This document shows, piece after piece, positions 51,701-63,777 of a DNA stretch of 64,000 nucleotides. How positions within the stretch are numbered: the first letter of the stretch is position 1; the number at the start of each line of letters is the position of its first letter. The stretch lies in assembly GCF_006345805.1 (NCBI RefSeq), contig NC_043021.1, positions 3,534,001 through 3,598,000 of the forward strand. The letters run 5' to 3'. The notes under the pieces were generated by a model. That model made no database searches. It was not told the DNA's origin and saw only the letters and a program-made list of their open reading frames with translations. The translations under genes were made by a program, and so were the position numbers. The stretch comes from Octopus sinensis (taxonomy: Eukaryota).

Positions 51701-54700
51701 TGGACATTAAAACTATGATGTTGACAATGTTGACTTTTAAAAAATCATTGGTGTTAGATAGAATAGCTTGACTGATCCCTCCTTTGTGCATACGACAATT
51801 AAGGTTTTACAGCTTTAGAAAAAGTAAGCCAAGCCTTTGGGTGCACAGGAAATAGTAAAGCTTCTAAGTATCTAGTGGAAAGAAAATTTGAAGCGTAGCA
51901 GACAGTCCTTACTATCTCAAAAATCAAGTTTTGAATGATGAATATTATCTAATATACTACTTCTAGGACTGCCATCTCTGATTTCTCTTGCCAGTATACT
52001 GAAATGGGTTTTTTTATATTTTAGTTTTGTTGTTGTTAAGCCTGCTCCTCTGTTGTTCAGTGTTTGGTTTTTTTTTATCATTTTAGCATGAACAATGTTT
52101 TGGAATATGCTGAAGATCTGGAGATTGATGTACCAAGAATATGGACATATTTTGCTCAATTAATTTCTTCCTTGCTGGGCGAGGGAAGACTACCTTGGAC
52201 AATTTTAAAAGAGATTGTCGAGCCCTTAAAAACTACAAATAAAGGAGGCGTTTTCATTGCTGAAATACTCAAAGAACTCGTCACTCGAATGGTAACAATC
52301 AACCTTATTTGTGTGTGTGTGAGTGAGTGAGAACGCACGTGTGTGGTTTGAACTCAGAATCCCTGTCACGGTTTCGTTCCATTGCCCAGCTGTTGATCAT
52401 TACAGACCCTCATGTTGTAATAAACATGTTTAATCTATTGTTTTACTGAATGACCGGTTGAAGTTTGCTGATTCTTTTACATTTCTGTTGTTTCCATTAT
52501 AAAGACGCACAACCATAAGGTTATGGGGCCCAGGCACTCGATCAGAAGTTGCTTGTTTGTTTGTACCCATGAACAAAGTACTTAGCTTGCTCTTAAGTCT
52601 AAGTCCTGTTGAACCCTTTAGAATTCAAAATGAATCCTTATTTATTTACATTGCTTTGAATTAATCGTGCATTATCCTGTAGCTATGAGATTTTGGTGGG
52701 GTGACTTACTTTTTACAATGGTATTGTAGAGTTGGTATGAAAGGCCAGATCTGACCATTAGGAATTTGTATTTTTATTTTTTTTGTATCATTAATCCCTT
52801 ATATTCAATCTGTTTTGTGTTTGAACTGACTGGATCCAGGCTCTCACACCTACCCTATAATGTTGTTCTAAAAATGAACAACCAAACCATCGAAATCTGA
52901 AAACTACAATATGATGCATGATTAATTCAAAATGTGAATAGAGAAGCATTACATTTGATAGAAAAATCAGACTGCTTAAAGGGTTAGGTTACAAGTAAAT
53001 GATAATTTGATTGTTCATGGGTACAAACGACCTAATGTTCAAGTCGTTTAAGAAAATAGATGAGGCCTGAGATAAAAATAATAATAATACATTTTAAAAA
53101 TCGACATAGTTTATTTTGATTGTGTGTGGCAAAAGTTGCTGGGCTGGATTACTGGGTACATCCAGCCTCAATGTTCTTGTTTTGTGTTCAAACCAACCAT
53201 ATCCAGCCTCTCCTTACAATATTATTCCCAAAAAATAAAGACAATCACATCTTCAAAATCTTGAAGCTACAAGATATTGCATGATAATTTTTTTTTTAAT
53301 GTGGATAAATAAGCATTACATTAGATAAATAAATCTGAATATTAAAAGGTTGATAGTAGTGGATGGTGAAGATCTCTAGGATGAAAATAGGAACCATAGG
53401 TAACATCTGTACTGTATAATTAGTGTTTCATTTGCAAGGTATATCCACTTGCATCTATAGTGTAGTCATCATCATTGTTCGACCGGGGTCGAGACAATGG
53501 AATTTACCATGCTACGCCAGACTTCACGGTCCATCATAGCATTACGGAGGTCCTGTTGCCGGATGCCTGTATCCCTGGAGATTTCATCTGGGTAGGAGAG
53601 TGTGCGCCCTCTGGTACAGCGAGTAGATGGCTTCCAGAGGAGAAGAATAGAAATTACTTCTTTTCAGCTCTACAACAATGTCCAGCAAACTGGACTTTCC
53701 TACCTTTCACAAGAAATGACACAGGTGGTAGTTTCCCATATATTTGCATTTTGGTTGGATGGCACTTCCACGAGAGATTTTGAACTCTCATAAGGAGACA
53801 AGTGTAAGTTCCATCCAACCGCCTCTCAAGCTTCTTTGATAACATCCAGGTTTCTGAGCCATATAGTAGAATTGGTTCGACTGTGGCTTTGAAGATTTCA
53901 AGTTTGAAGTCTTTATTTAGATTTGATGACCAGATCTTATGCATGTCATTACAGGCTGACCAGGCCATACCCTTTCTGGAATCATTCACAAGCTCCTGTG
54001 ATCTGTAAAAGATATGAGACTCAGCATTCTAACAACTAATAACGAGCATACATGAAAAATAATTAGAAACAAGATTTTGAGTTCAAACTTGAACGACCAG
54101 TATCAGTTACTTGCAGAATTATGTTGCCGTATATTTTCAGATTTGACTATTTGTTACATAATGATTTTGTATCCTCCTGTTTAGGGTGAACAAAAAGTAC
54201 AAGAACTCTGGAAATCATTTGATTTAAAACTTTCTGATTTCTACAAGGCTGAAGATATGTCCAAGTTTATTTCAGACCATGTAAGTAAAACCTGATTTTC
54301 CTGCAATGTTGTGTATTTATTTCTAATGTTTTCTTTTGTCTTTCTGTGTATCATCTCAGTGTTTCGACCATAAGACATAACTAATATTTGATTTGGCTGG
54401 GATGAAGTGGAAATACTTCAGATCGTTACTGGCAGAACCGTTAGCACGCCGGGCGAAATGCGTAGCCATATTTCGTCTGTTGTTACGTTCCGAGTTCAAA
54501 TTCCGTCGAAGTCGACTTTGCCTTTCATCCTCACGGGGTTGATAAATTAAGTACCAGTTACGCACTGGAGTTGATGTAATCGACTTAATCCCTTTGTCTG
54601 TCCTTGTTTGTCCCCTGTGTGTTTAGCCCCTTGTGGGCAGTAAAAAAATAAATATCTTCTCAGCTAGAAACGTCAACAACACCAACTTCAGGAAAGCAGC

Positions 54701-57700
54701 CAGCCACCTGATAAGCAACCAGTCAGGGGCTGTGCTAACCAGCTTGATTATACTCTCACCAGACAGTGGGATGCATGGTGGCTCTTAAATACAAAGACCC
54801 TCCCTGGGGAAGAATGTACCCCACCCCCAGCACAGACTAGTCATTAGTGACTTTAGATTCCAGGCCAGAAGGATGCCGAGAAGCAGATCAATCTAGAAAT
54901 GAAAGATTTGGAAGTTTAAAGACCCTTCATATGGTCAGATTTAGGGACATCCTAACTGAGAAATTTAATGAGGAGGAGGAGGAGCTACAAACTTGTGACA
55001 TAGAGGGCAACTGGGAATTCCTGTGGGACAGCTTACTGAGTGCCACAGACCAAATCTGCGGCTGGTGCAAAGTCCCTTCCAGACCTTGGGTAACCTGCCT
55101 TGAAGGGATTTTAGTCAAACAAATCAACCCCAGTACTGATATGTTGTAATTTTTGTTTTCTTTTTTTTTTTCTTTTTAGAAATTGGAATTCATGTTTGAC
55201 AAAGATAATCCTGACTGTTTGTTAAATGATTTTGAGAACAAGTTACATAATTTGCTTGAAACCTGCAATTTAAATAACAAACCTATTTTTGATCTTATTG
55301 AGGTAAGTGTTTTTGCAGATATTTTATGCTGATAAAATAATTTCACTCCCTAATGATAATAAATGCAAAATTCTGTCTGTCTGTCTGGAATCCCTTGTAT
55401 CTTAGTCTACATTTGCTCTGCATAGACATATTATACCTTTTTGGAACCAGGATGATCCTGGGATTGAAAATCTGCCCTTCATTTGATCCTTGAACATCCA
55501 GCATTGGGATCTAATTTAAAAGCATTTGGGTTGCCATTTTTAGCAGGTAAAATTTGGCAGATTCACGCCATCTTGGTTGGTATTTGTCAGATGACGTCAG
55601 AGATCAAGGGGAGATAAATGACATTCACTTCATTAATTTTATGTTGAGATAAGAACTTTGGGATAAATTGGCCAAACGGTTGGAATTCAAATTGGGACTG
55701 GAACAATAGAATGATGGCATTACAGAATTAATCCTCATCCATCCTTAACTGCTGATCAAACACCACCGGGGCATATAGTCATGCTATTTAGCACTCTTTA
55801 GTTTGGGGCTGCAGGCCCAATTATCCCTCTGCAAGAGCTAACTTAAAAGTCCCCTTGGAGTGTAGCTTTTATGGTAAGTAAAAATAAAAATAACCACAAA
55901 TATTTCTTGTAACAATACCAAACTGTGGTAACGTTGTAGTGTAGATTAATGAAAGCTAGTCCTGTTTATTTAAACTCTAGAATTTGATAGTTTATTTATT
56001 TTAGTACTTAATGTGGTCCTCAACCCGGGCCCATATGGCCCCCTGAGGGTCCATGTAAGATTTTTGAGGGTCTCTACAACAAAATAATGAATTGGAGATC
56101 CACAATAGTATTTTAAGTGCTCCTAAAAAAAACTTGCTTTAGATGTATGCATTGGTGTGTATAGTGAAGGCACGTGGCTTAGTGGTTAGGGTATTCAGCT
56201 CACAATCAAAAGGTTGCAAGTTCAATTCCCGGCAATGCATTGCGTCCTTCAGCAAGACACTTTATTTCACATTGCTCCAGTCCACTGAGCTGTCAAAAAT
56301 GAGTTGTACCTGTATTTCAAAGGGCCAGCCTTGTCACACTGTGTCATGTTGAATATCCCTGAGAGCCACGTTAAAGGTACTCATGTCTGTGGAGTGCTCA
56401 GCCACTTGCATGTTAATTTCATGAGCAAGCTGTTCCATTGATTAGATCAGCTGGAACCCTTGTCGTTGTAACCAATGGGATGCCATTGGTATGTATTGCA
56501 GATTTCTTTCTCTAACGCAGTGCTTTTCAAACTTTTTGCTGGAGCGGAACCCCAAGGAAACATTCCACTGGTTTCGAGGAACCCCATGTGCAATAATTTA
56601 ATAGTCTTATGCACACATATATCTGCACAGGAGAATTAAAAATTACTGTCGATTTTAGCAGTTCTGTAACTTCTTGCGGGAACCCCTGGACTGTACTGGC
56701 GGAACCCTGGTTGAAAACCACTGGTGTAACGTATTACATAGTTCAGCATACACAAGTTAATGTGTGACAAGCAAAATAAGAAGTTTGAAAGTTTCTATAA
56801 AACTTGTTTTTAAATAGTGAATGGTTAGGGCGGGGGGGGGGGGGTTGTCCACCAGAAGAAAATAATATTTCAAAAATGTCTGTAAATAAAAAAGGGTTGA
56901 GAACGCCTGGTTTATGCAACTGTATTTAAATTCTGTTGTTGTTTGAAGCTCTGATTAGTATTTTATTTTGTATCTAGGAACTTCAGCAACCTCTTATAGA
57001 GACGGAGGAATTCATCAGGATTCTTATGACTGAAATTTGCTCAAGTGCAATTGTCGGTAAGAAAACACTACTGTCCATTTTCTGAAATATTTGTTTAGCA
57101 TACGTATGGCTGTGAGGTTAAGAACTTTGCTCTCCAGCCATGTGGTCTTGGGCTCAGCACTTCAGGCAAGTGTCTTCTATTATAGCCCCTGGGCCAACCA
57201 AAGCCTCGTGAGTGGGTTCAATAGTTGGACGACTGAAAAAGTGTTGTGTTTGTGTCATATGCTTGCCGAGACATCATGTAATGGTTATCAATGAATGTCA
57301 TCATAACGCAGGTGAGGTTTTTCGTTTTCAGTCTTTCATGAGAAACATGTCCAGGTATAAGTAAATATTATCTTGCTTGGAAACAGGTGAGATTATCAGT
57401 TGGCATAGCGTCAAGCTGTAGAAAATCTGCCTCTCAAAAATTCCATCTCACCATACAAGAATGGAAAAGTGGGCATTAACCCTTTAGTGTTCAGATTATT
57501 CTGTCAAATGTGATGTTTGTTTATTTAAAATGGTTTGAATTAATCCTGCATTATCTTGTAGTTTAGCGATTGCAGTGATGTGATTTTTTAAAGTTTTAGA
57601 ATGACATTGTAGGGCTGGAGAAAACAACCAATACACACTGTGGTTGACATTACGAAGGGCATCCAGCTGTAGAAAGAAACCTTGACATTAGGGTCTGAGT

Positions 57701-58212
57701 CTTAACACCTTACTCTACTTGCTCCTTATTAACTAGCAAAATAATAAAAAAAATTTTTTTCATCTTTCTTCAATTTTTCAGAGAGTAAAGTTTCGAAGAG
57801 TAAAATAAAAACAAGATGTGAAGTCTTGCTGAAATATCTTGGCCAAAAGCCTAACCTGCAGTTACAGGCCCTCTATTCATTGCAAGCTCTGGACGTCAAG
57901 TTGGTGCATCCACCTAGTAAGTTTCATGTTCGACCCTCTCCTATTCAGACTACTCTTATCAAATCTAATGCCCATTTATTCACATTCTGTTGATATTTTT
58001 TGTTAATCTCTCTTTCTCTCCTTGAATATTTTTTTCCAAATACAGGTGTTTTGAGAATGATGTTTGAAACCTTGTATGACGAAGATGTAATAGCGGAGGA
58101 TGCCTACTTCCAGTGGGAGAAAAGCGAAGATTCACCTGGCAAAGGTGTTGCTTTGAAACAGGTTGCAGCGTTCCTCACCTGGTTGCATGAAGCTGAAGAG
58201 GATGATGATTGA
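35118..58212 (+). CDS. EIF4G: Eukaryotic translation initiation factor 4 gamma (eIF4G1/3-type), spliced, 18 coding exons; 5' end not securely located
   Basis: Exons: 35118-35251, 37301-37441, 39062-39364, 40798-40857, 40975-41118, 42952-43031, 44323-44476, 46180-46572, 47498-47643, 47754-47993, 49202-49571, 50607-50779, 52087-52291, 54185-54280, 55180-55302, 56978-57056, 57782-57916, 58046-58212. All introns are GT-AG and phases are consistent (3143 nt plus 1 upstream nt). Motifs: Y-X4-L-phi (YDRDTLL), [41 protein letters not shown] (MA3) and the W2 end [24 protein letters not shown]. Confidence 0.96.
36285..36508 (-). mobile_element. SINE-like family B
   Basis: Reverse complement of the 14626 element. 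Confidence 0.88.
36886..37117 (+). mobile_element. SINE-like family B with a 14-bp TSD GGTATCAGCCACAA
   Basis: TSD at 36872-36885 and 37118-37131. Confidence 0.9.
37301..37441 (+). CDS. EIF4G: eIF4G exon (PLTTVAPG...[15 protein letters not shown])
   Basis: cttttatag|cct to tcg|gtatgt; 47 codons, phase 0-0; resembles the GPDFTPSFA segment of vertebrate eIF4G. Confidence 0.85.
37497..37892 (-). mobile_element. SINE family A
   Basis: Reverse complement of the 17379 element. Confidence 0.88.
38631..38884. mobile_element. hAT-type MITE
   Basis: TIR cagtgtttctcaac / gttgagaaactctg; a related fragment lies at ~56010-56120. Confidence 0.55.
39062..39364 (+). CDS. EIF4G: eIF4G exon, start of MIF4G ([14 protein letters not shown]...DLVFEK)
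   Basis: tttcag|tct to aag|gtatgg; 101 codons. Confidence 0.95.
39738..40330 (-). mobile_element. CR1/L2-group LINE 3' end, decayed
   Basis: Broken frame resembling [27 protein letters not shown]...KTKLD..L..VPDEP; shares its 3' end with 49645-49870. Confidence 0.75.
40798..40857 (+). CDS. EIF4G: eIF4G MIF4G exon ([20 protein letters not shown])
   Basis: cttgcag|gct to atg|gtgagt; 60 nt. Confidence 0.93.
40975..41118 (+). CDS. EIF4G: eIF4G MIF4G exon (LKVP...[17 protein letters not shown]...IEAAN)
   Basis: ttgcag|ctg to aat|gtaagt; follows a 117-nt intron. Confidence 0.93.
41333..41560. mobile_element. Second piggyBac-type MITE family
   Basis: ttaaccctttcgttact...agtaatgaaagggttaa; different internal sequence. 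Confidence 0.78.
42952..43031 (+). CDS. EIF4G: eIF4G MIF4G exon ([10 protein letters not shown]...RRKSVGNIR)
   Basis: ttttcag|gag to attag|gtaaga; phase 0 to 2. Confidence 0.93.
43067..43470 (-). mobile_element. SINE family A
   Basis: Reverse complement of the 17379 element. Confidence 0.88.
43926..44231 (-). mobile_element. Family C repeat
   Basis: Reverse complement of the 1122 element. Confidence 0.85.
44323..44476 (+). CDS. EIF4G: eIF4G MIF4G exon (FIGELFK...[13 protein letters not shown])
   Basis: ttttcag|g to aag|gtaaat; phase 2 to 0. Confidence 0.95.
44643..44978 (+). mobile_element. tRNA-derived SINE family D (CORE-like)
   Basis: A-box tggctcagtgg, B-box-like gctcgaatcc, ttgagcaagacactttatttcac; a second copy at 3136-3467. 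Confidence 0.88.
46180..46572 (+). CDS. EIF4G: eIF4G exon, end of MIF4G ([22 protein letters not shown]...GPKT) and GWNTV segment
   Basis: gattttag|aat to aag|gtgaat; 131 codons. Confidence 0.95.
47498..47643 (+). CDS. EIF4G: eIF4G linker exon (WGRGSTGG...PTNR)
   Basis: cttccag|agt to aatag|gtgatt; phase 0 to 2. Confidence 0.9.
47754..47993 (+). CDS. EIF4G: eIF4G linker exon (RFSAL..., RG/RS-rich)
   Basis: ttttcag|gttctcg to tcaaa|gtaagt; phase 2-2; completes the conserved NRFSAL motif. Confidence 0.9.
49202..49571 (+). CDS. EIF4G: eIF4G exon with SRENS repeats and the start of MA3 ([17 protein letters not shown])
   Basis: tttatag|tgataat to gag|gtaagt; phase 2 to 0. Confidence 0.88.
49645..49870 (+). 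mobile_element. Short 3' fragment of the same LINE as 39738-40330
   Basis: [17 protein letters not shown]...[11 protein letters not shown], then ggcggtgccccagcatggccacagctcgtgagctgaaactaga. Confidence 0.75.
50006..50462 (-). mobile_element. CR1-type LINE 3' end with a trinucleotide tail
   Basis: [17 protein letters not shown]...[11 protein letters not shown]...[15 protein letters not shown]; (ATT/ATC)n tail. Confidence 0.85.
50607..50779 (+). CDS. EIF4G: eIF4G MA3 exon
   Basis: ttccag|gaa to aatgg|gtaagt; phase 0 to 2. Confidence 0.92.
50929..51219 (+). repeat. Intragenic duplicate of 55240-55528 (3' half of an eIF4G exon, its donor and intron)
   Basis: Near-identical sequence from aagttacataatttgc to aaaagcatttg at both places. 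Confidence 0.95.
52087..52291 (+). CDS. EIF4G: eIF4G MA3 exon ([16 protein letters not shown])
   Basis: ttttag|c to atg|gtaaca; phase 2 to 0. Confidence 0.93.
53466..54000 (-). mobile_element. 5'-truncated RTE-type LINE 3' end
   Basis: Peptide [16 protein letters not shown]...[14 protein letters not shown]...QFAGHC; (TGA)n tail. Confidence 0.88.
54185..54280 (+). CDS. EIF4G: eIF4G exon ([19 protein letters not shown]...)
   Basis: gtttag|ggt to cat|gtaagt; 32 codons. Confidence 0.92.
54680..55095 (+). mobile_element. Decayed RTE-type LINE fragment (endonuclease C-terminus and linker)
   Basis: QLDYTL...KTLPGEEC...HRLVISDF...[18 protein letters not shown], with frameshifts. Confidence 0.7.
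55180..55302 (+). CDS. EIF4G: eIF4G exon (KLEFMFD...NKPIFDLIE)
   Basis: tttttag|aaa to gag|gtaagt; 41 codons. Confidence 0.92.
56518..56723. mobile_element. hAT-type MITE
   Basis: TIR cagtgcttttcaa / ttgaaaaccactg; degenerate 8-bp TSD ctctaacg / gtgtaacg. Confidence 0.65.
56978..57056 (+). CDS. EIF4G: eIF4G exon (ELQQP...[15 protein letters not shown])
   Basis: tatctag|gaa to gtcg|gtaaga; phase 0 to 1. Confidence 0.92.
57782..57916 (+). CDS. EIF4G: eIF4G W2 exon ([12 protein letters not shown]...HPP)
   Basis: ttttcag|ag to ccta|gtaagt; phase 1-1. Confidence 0.93.
58046..58212 (+). CDS. EIF4G: eIF4G terminal coding exon, W2 domain, TGA stop
   Basis: atacag|gt; [22 protein letters not shown]...[13 protein letters not shown]. 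Confidence 0.96.
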
Positions 58213-59586
58213 AAAAAATGAAAGAAAGAAAGAAAGAAAGAAAAAAAACAAACAGAAAACAAATAAACAAAGAAAAACAGCACACACACACAAAAAGGGA
58301 AAGTCTTATGCCTTTTTCTTAAGTGAATAAGGCTGAAACTGGATCACATACCTTGATACCTCTTTGATTTCTTCAAGCAGATCAGTTCCTGTTTTGTCAC
58401 CAGTTGCTGATGATACTGTTAATACTGCTATTACTGCTATACTCTCCAGGAATAGGGTTTTTTTGGGGTTTTTTCTTCAATATTTGTGCTGTATTGCATC
58501 ACTACAAGCCTATATTACCCTTCCGTTTTAGAACAGTCACAGAATAAGGATTAAAATGAAAAAGAAAAAAAGGGAAATGTGTTTGACTCTTGTTTCACAT
58601 CAAGTGTATCTGTGCATGTGTGTGTTTGTGTGTTGTGTATATGTGTGTGTTTGTGTGTTGTTTTTAAACATGTAAGCATACACGTGAAATATCAGATTTG
58701 CTCCAATTTTAATGGAATTTTTCTTATTTACCTTTTTTTATGACAATTAAAACAGTTTTCTAAAGTTTCAAAATATAAAAATGGAAACAGAAATTTAGTA
58801 TGTCATATATTGGAGTCTTTCATTGCAGATGCATACACACACATTTTATATATGTGTATATATATATATACATACATACATACATACATACATACACACA
58901 CCCTCACACATGTGTTTGTGTGTATATATATGTATTTGTGTGTGTATGAAATAGATTTCTCTAATGATATTCTATCTGAATTTTGAAGCAAATTATCAAA
59001 GTTTGTATGCCATGGATTTACAAAATTTCTTCACCTTTTAAAAATTATTTAAACCCAAGTTAAATGTGGTCTCTAATTTTTATTCCTGAAAACAAAAGTT
59101 GATTTAACACATACACATGCACACACACACACACATATTGGAATTAATTTGTTTCTTTCTTGTATTGTAAAAGTAATTAAGTTGAAACTGAGAAAAAGTA
59201 ATGATTGTGAAGTAATGATTGTATTAATTCAGATTAAATGCAATTTGAAAAAAAAAAAAAATTTTTTTTTTTCGAGGACTGTAAATGAATAACAATTTTT
59301 AGTATTTTCTCTCAAGAATCTGAAATGTGCACCTTCCTGCATCTATTGGTGCTAAATTACATTTGCACATGCTATTTCTGATGGACACAAAACAAAAGTT
59401 TTTTTTTTAAAAAAAAAATATATATATATATATAGTCAAATTAATTAAAACTTGGCTTTTCTTCCAATATTTGGAAAGTTAAGGGACAAAAGAATATTGA
59501 AAAATAAAACAAATGCATGTTCATATTTGTGATGTGTTTTGTGTTACGGTGTGCAAACATGGCAACCACTGTATTATATATATATC

Positions 59587-59653
<67 letters not shown>

Positions 59654-61620
59654 GCATGTGTTCACGAACCCACCAATAGATATTTAATGTGATAAATTGA
59701 CTCACTGTACAGTGTTTGACATTTTTATTGTTTGTATTTTCTCAAACTATTTTCTAGTGTTGAAATCGGATACCATAGCTTCCCCCACCCCCTCTCCCCA
59801 TCCTCCAACATGTTCTCTTGCAATGTAAAAGCTACTTGGAGGTTTAAAAGTACAACACCCCTCTGGTGGACAGAGCACATTTTATATTGTAAAATTTAGA
59901 TATTAAATGTATCGCTATATTTTTAAATGGCAATTCTTAAAACATTTTTAAAAAGCACACAGTTGAATTTTAGAAGAGTGGAAGAAAAGAAAAAAACAAC
60001 AAAAACGATGTTTTTTTTTTCCCTTTTGTTTTTTGTTTAAATTAGTGGGAATTATTCAATTGTTGATAGGAAGTTTGAAAAATAGACCAATGTTTTAAAT
60101 TATTGATTGTGCCAGCAGACATCTGGTTGTTCAAACACAATTTACACTTTAAAAAAAATTCCACATTTTGGCTACTTCACAAGAGCTTTTTTTTTTTTTT
60201 CCAATAAATAACCCCGCCCCCCTGTATATCTAACTTATTTTGCTAAAGCACTTTCAATGATGAACTCTATGTATTTACACACACACACATATAACATACA
60301 TACACTTTATAAAAGAAAACTATTTCTTCCCCTTGCTGGTGACTGGTTTAATTTTGTTTTTTTTTATTTTTTATATATTTGTTTAAACCAGTTCCTAGAC
60401 TTAGTGTTTTTTCAACCCCTTCAAAAAACAAAAAAAAAAAAAACAAAAAAAAAAAAAACTGAAAAGAAAACAAAAAAAAAAGACATTGTGATTGTGGGGT
60501 GTGCTGGAACACCACTTACAAGAGATGGATTTATCTTGTCAATACGTACATACAATCATTAGAATTTACTTCGGTCAACAAACAATCAGATTACACTAAC
60601 CCCAACAAGTCTTTCTCTGGAGTGTTCCCCCTCCCTCACTCCACATGACTTAATTCTTTATTCCCCCACCCCCCTTCTTGTTAATATGGCTTTAAAACGG
60701 AATTTTTAAACCAAAAGCTATTGTGCATGAAATTCCTATTCTTGTATCCTTTAGTGTTTAAATTTTATTTTTCAGTTTTATATACACACATATATGTATG
60801 TATATATATATGAATGTATGTATGCACACGTGTTTGTGCATGTTGGTATGTATATAAAAGATTCAATTACTTTACAGTGTATATTGCTGATATACTTCTC
60901 AGTTAATGGTCACACCTCTGTTGTGTTGTCCACACATGAATACGTACACACATGCATATGCACATATCTCTGTGAGTGTGTGTGTGTGCGCATACATGCA
61001 AGCTCAGTGTACATAATCTGAAATAAAATTTGAGGCGTGGAAAGCAAGCAACAGAAAATATTATTTAGAAGAGGAGGCAATAGAATGTAGACTAGTAAAA
61101 AAAATAAAAGGAAATATTTAATTAAAAAAATTTTTTTTTTTTTAGTTTATATATATATATTTATATTTTTTTTGTAATTACACATTTCTCTTAACGCACT
61201 GAAATTGCCCTTTCAAAAAAAAATTGTCCCAGTCTTACTTACTGTACAGTGTTTGAAAATAAGTGTTTTTCTACAGCTAGTCAAATTGTTGCTTGCAAAA
61301 TATTTCTTTCCCTTTCCTTGTGTTTTGCATTCACTTTTAATTCAACTCTTAACACACTTTGCCTCCTCTAAATTTTGTATTTTTACTTTCTGTCCCTTTT
61401 GTCTTTGAATAATTTCAAGTTTCAAGCTAACATGTTGCTTTGTAACTTGGAGATGAAGAAAGAAAGAAAGAAGAGTCCAATGGTTTGAATTATAATTATT
61501 TTAGCCCTTCCTCCTCTCCCTATTTTTTTTTTTCTTCACTTATTTTAAATTTCTAAATACTTTAATATAAATAATTTTTGTATTTTTAATTGAAAAATAA
61601 AAATAAAAATGACCAAAGTT
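58213..61620 (+). other. Putative long eIF4G 3'UTR
   Basis: No recognisable SINE or MITE until ~61965; U/A-rich; AATAAA hexamers near 60203, 61022 and 61596-61607. The 3' end is an estimate. Confidence 0.5.
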
Positions 61621-62116
61621 TTGAAAAATTTCTATCAGTCCTGTTTGGTTTTCTGTAGAATATTAGTCGGAAGAGAAGGAACAGTACATCCTTATTAAAA
61701 TCATACAATCCTTAATTGTTTTTCTTCCAATGACTTTCAACACTTTGTGTGGATTACTGACTAAACGTATTTAATTACAAATCTTTTGGAGGTAGGATAC
61801 CTTGTGATATCTCTATCAACTCCTCTCGTAAATTACTTACAATTAGTATACCTGCTTTCATATAGTAGTAGTTTCTTTTCACCTGTTGTTGGCCAAGTCT
61901 ACCTAGGCAACAAATAGATATGTTTGAAACTCGTCACTGTAAAAAGCAACAAGCAAAGTTCATAACCGTTTAGTATTTAAACTGGCCATATCCTGCCCAA
62001 ACATTGACCAGATCTAAACCTCTCATACCTACCCTACAATGTCATTCTAGAAATATACAAACACCCCATTGACATCTTGAAGCTACAAGATAATACATGG
62101 TTAATTCAAAGCAATG

Positions 62117-62463
62117 CGGCATGGCTGTGTGGTAAGAAGCTTGCTTCCCACATGGTTCTGGGTTCAGTCCCACTACATGGAACCTTGGGCAAGTGTCTTC
62201 TATAGCCTAGGCCTTGTGAGTGCATTCGGTAGATGGAAACTGAAAGAAGCCCGTTGTATATATCTATCTTTTCCCCCCATCACTGCTTGACAACCAGTGT
62301 TGGTGTATTTAGGTCCCTGTAACTTAGTGGTTCAGCAAAAGAGAACTGATAGAATAAGTACTAGGCTTAAAAAGTAAGTCCGGGGGGTCAATTTGTTTGA
62401 CTAAAAATCATTAAGGCAGTGCTCCAGCATGGCTGCACTCGACTGACTGAAACACGTAAAAGA
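62117..62463 (+). mobile_element. SINE family A, diverged, nested in a MITE remnant
   Basis: Head and tail motifs as at 17379. Confidence 0.8.
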
Positions 62464-63777
62464 ATAAAATAAGCAATGCATTTCACAAAGAAACCCGAAT
62501 GCTCCTGGGTTAAGGGCTTAGAAAAGGCAGTGGTGACCCCATTCCAAAGCTCTGCCCACAGGATTTATCTGCAAATTTTCAATTAGTTGTTTTAACAATG
62601 ATATCTATGTCAAAGTATTTAGGGTCCAGTAACTAAAACTTTTTTTTTTTTTTACCCCTTTTTGGGTTTTCAATGAATGAATTGCCACAGAAACTGGATG
62701 TGTTGTTGGGTGTGAGGAGCAGCAGTAAAACTTCATTATTGCAGCATCTCGGTGACTGTTGCAAGAGAGAAACTAGGTTGTCTGACTGATTTAATCTTTT
62801 GCTGCTGTGTATAATGAATGTGACATTTTCTTTACCACAATTTATCTGAAGATTAGTCTCCTTTTACGTCTGTGTGTGTGAGTGAGTGTATACAGTACCA
62901 TGCAAAAGCCTTTGGCCGTTTTATGGTAACTTATTCGCACTGCATTTTTCACAGATGAAAACATTGGCCCCGTTGAAGTCATTTCCATACCTAATCATAT
63001 TTTGTAGTAGGGGGTTCTGCTGGAACCCCATCGGCTAGGACAGCAACAGTCCCAGTTGATCTGATCAACAAAACAGCCTGCATGCAAAATTAACACGTAA
63101 GTGGCTGAGCACTCCACAGACACACATACCTGTTTCTTTACTACCCACAAGGGGCTAAACACAGAGAGGACAAATGGATTGAGTTGATTATATCGACTCC
63201 AGTGCATAACTGGTACTTAATTAATCGACCCCGAAAGGATGAAAGGCAAAGTCAACCTCAGCAGAATTTGAACTCAGAACGTAGTGACAGACGAAATACC
63301 GCTAAGCATTTTGCCTGGCGTGCCAACGTTTCTGCCAGCTCGCTGTCATACCCTTAACATAGTTCTCAGGAAGATTCAATGTGACAAGGCTGGCCCTTAG
63401 AATTACAGGTAGAACTCATTGTTTGCCAGCTGGAGCAACATGAAACAAAGTGTCTTGATCAAGAACAGCAATGCATCGTCAAGATTCAAATTCATGACCT
63501 TATGACCATAAGCCCGATGCCCTGACCACATGCTTCTAGTCTTACCCAGTAGAAGACAACCTCTAGTATATTCCATACCCAGTACAATCATTCTGTAAAG
63601 TAGATGGTGCTAAAAAGAGCATCAAGCTGTAGAAACCATGGCAAAAATAGAATGTATAAGTGAGATATTGCCAACATGACTAGAAAGTAGTAACTTTTGA
63701 GTCACTGTGATCCAGGTCAGATTTTATTCATTCAGCCCATGGTCAGCAATGAAAAAAGGAAGAAAATTGATGATGAT

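Noticed and set aside
35118-58212. Identity as DAP5/eIF4G2 (NAT1)
   Set aside because: A canonical eIF4E-binding motif and the upstream DQW segment are present.
61926-61935. GAAACTCGTC hammerhead 3' half
   Set aside because: No upstream CUGANGA or P1 partner found.
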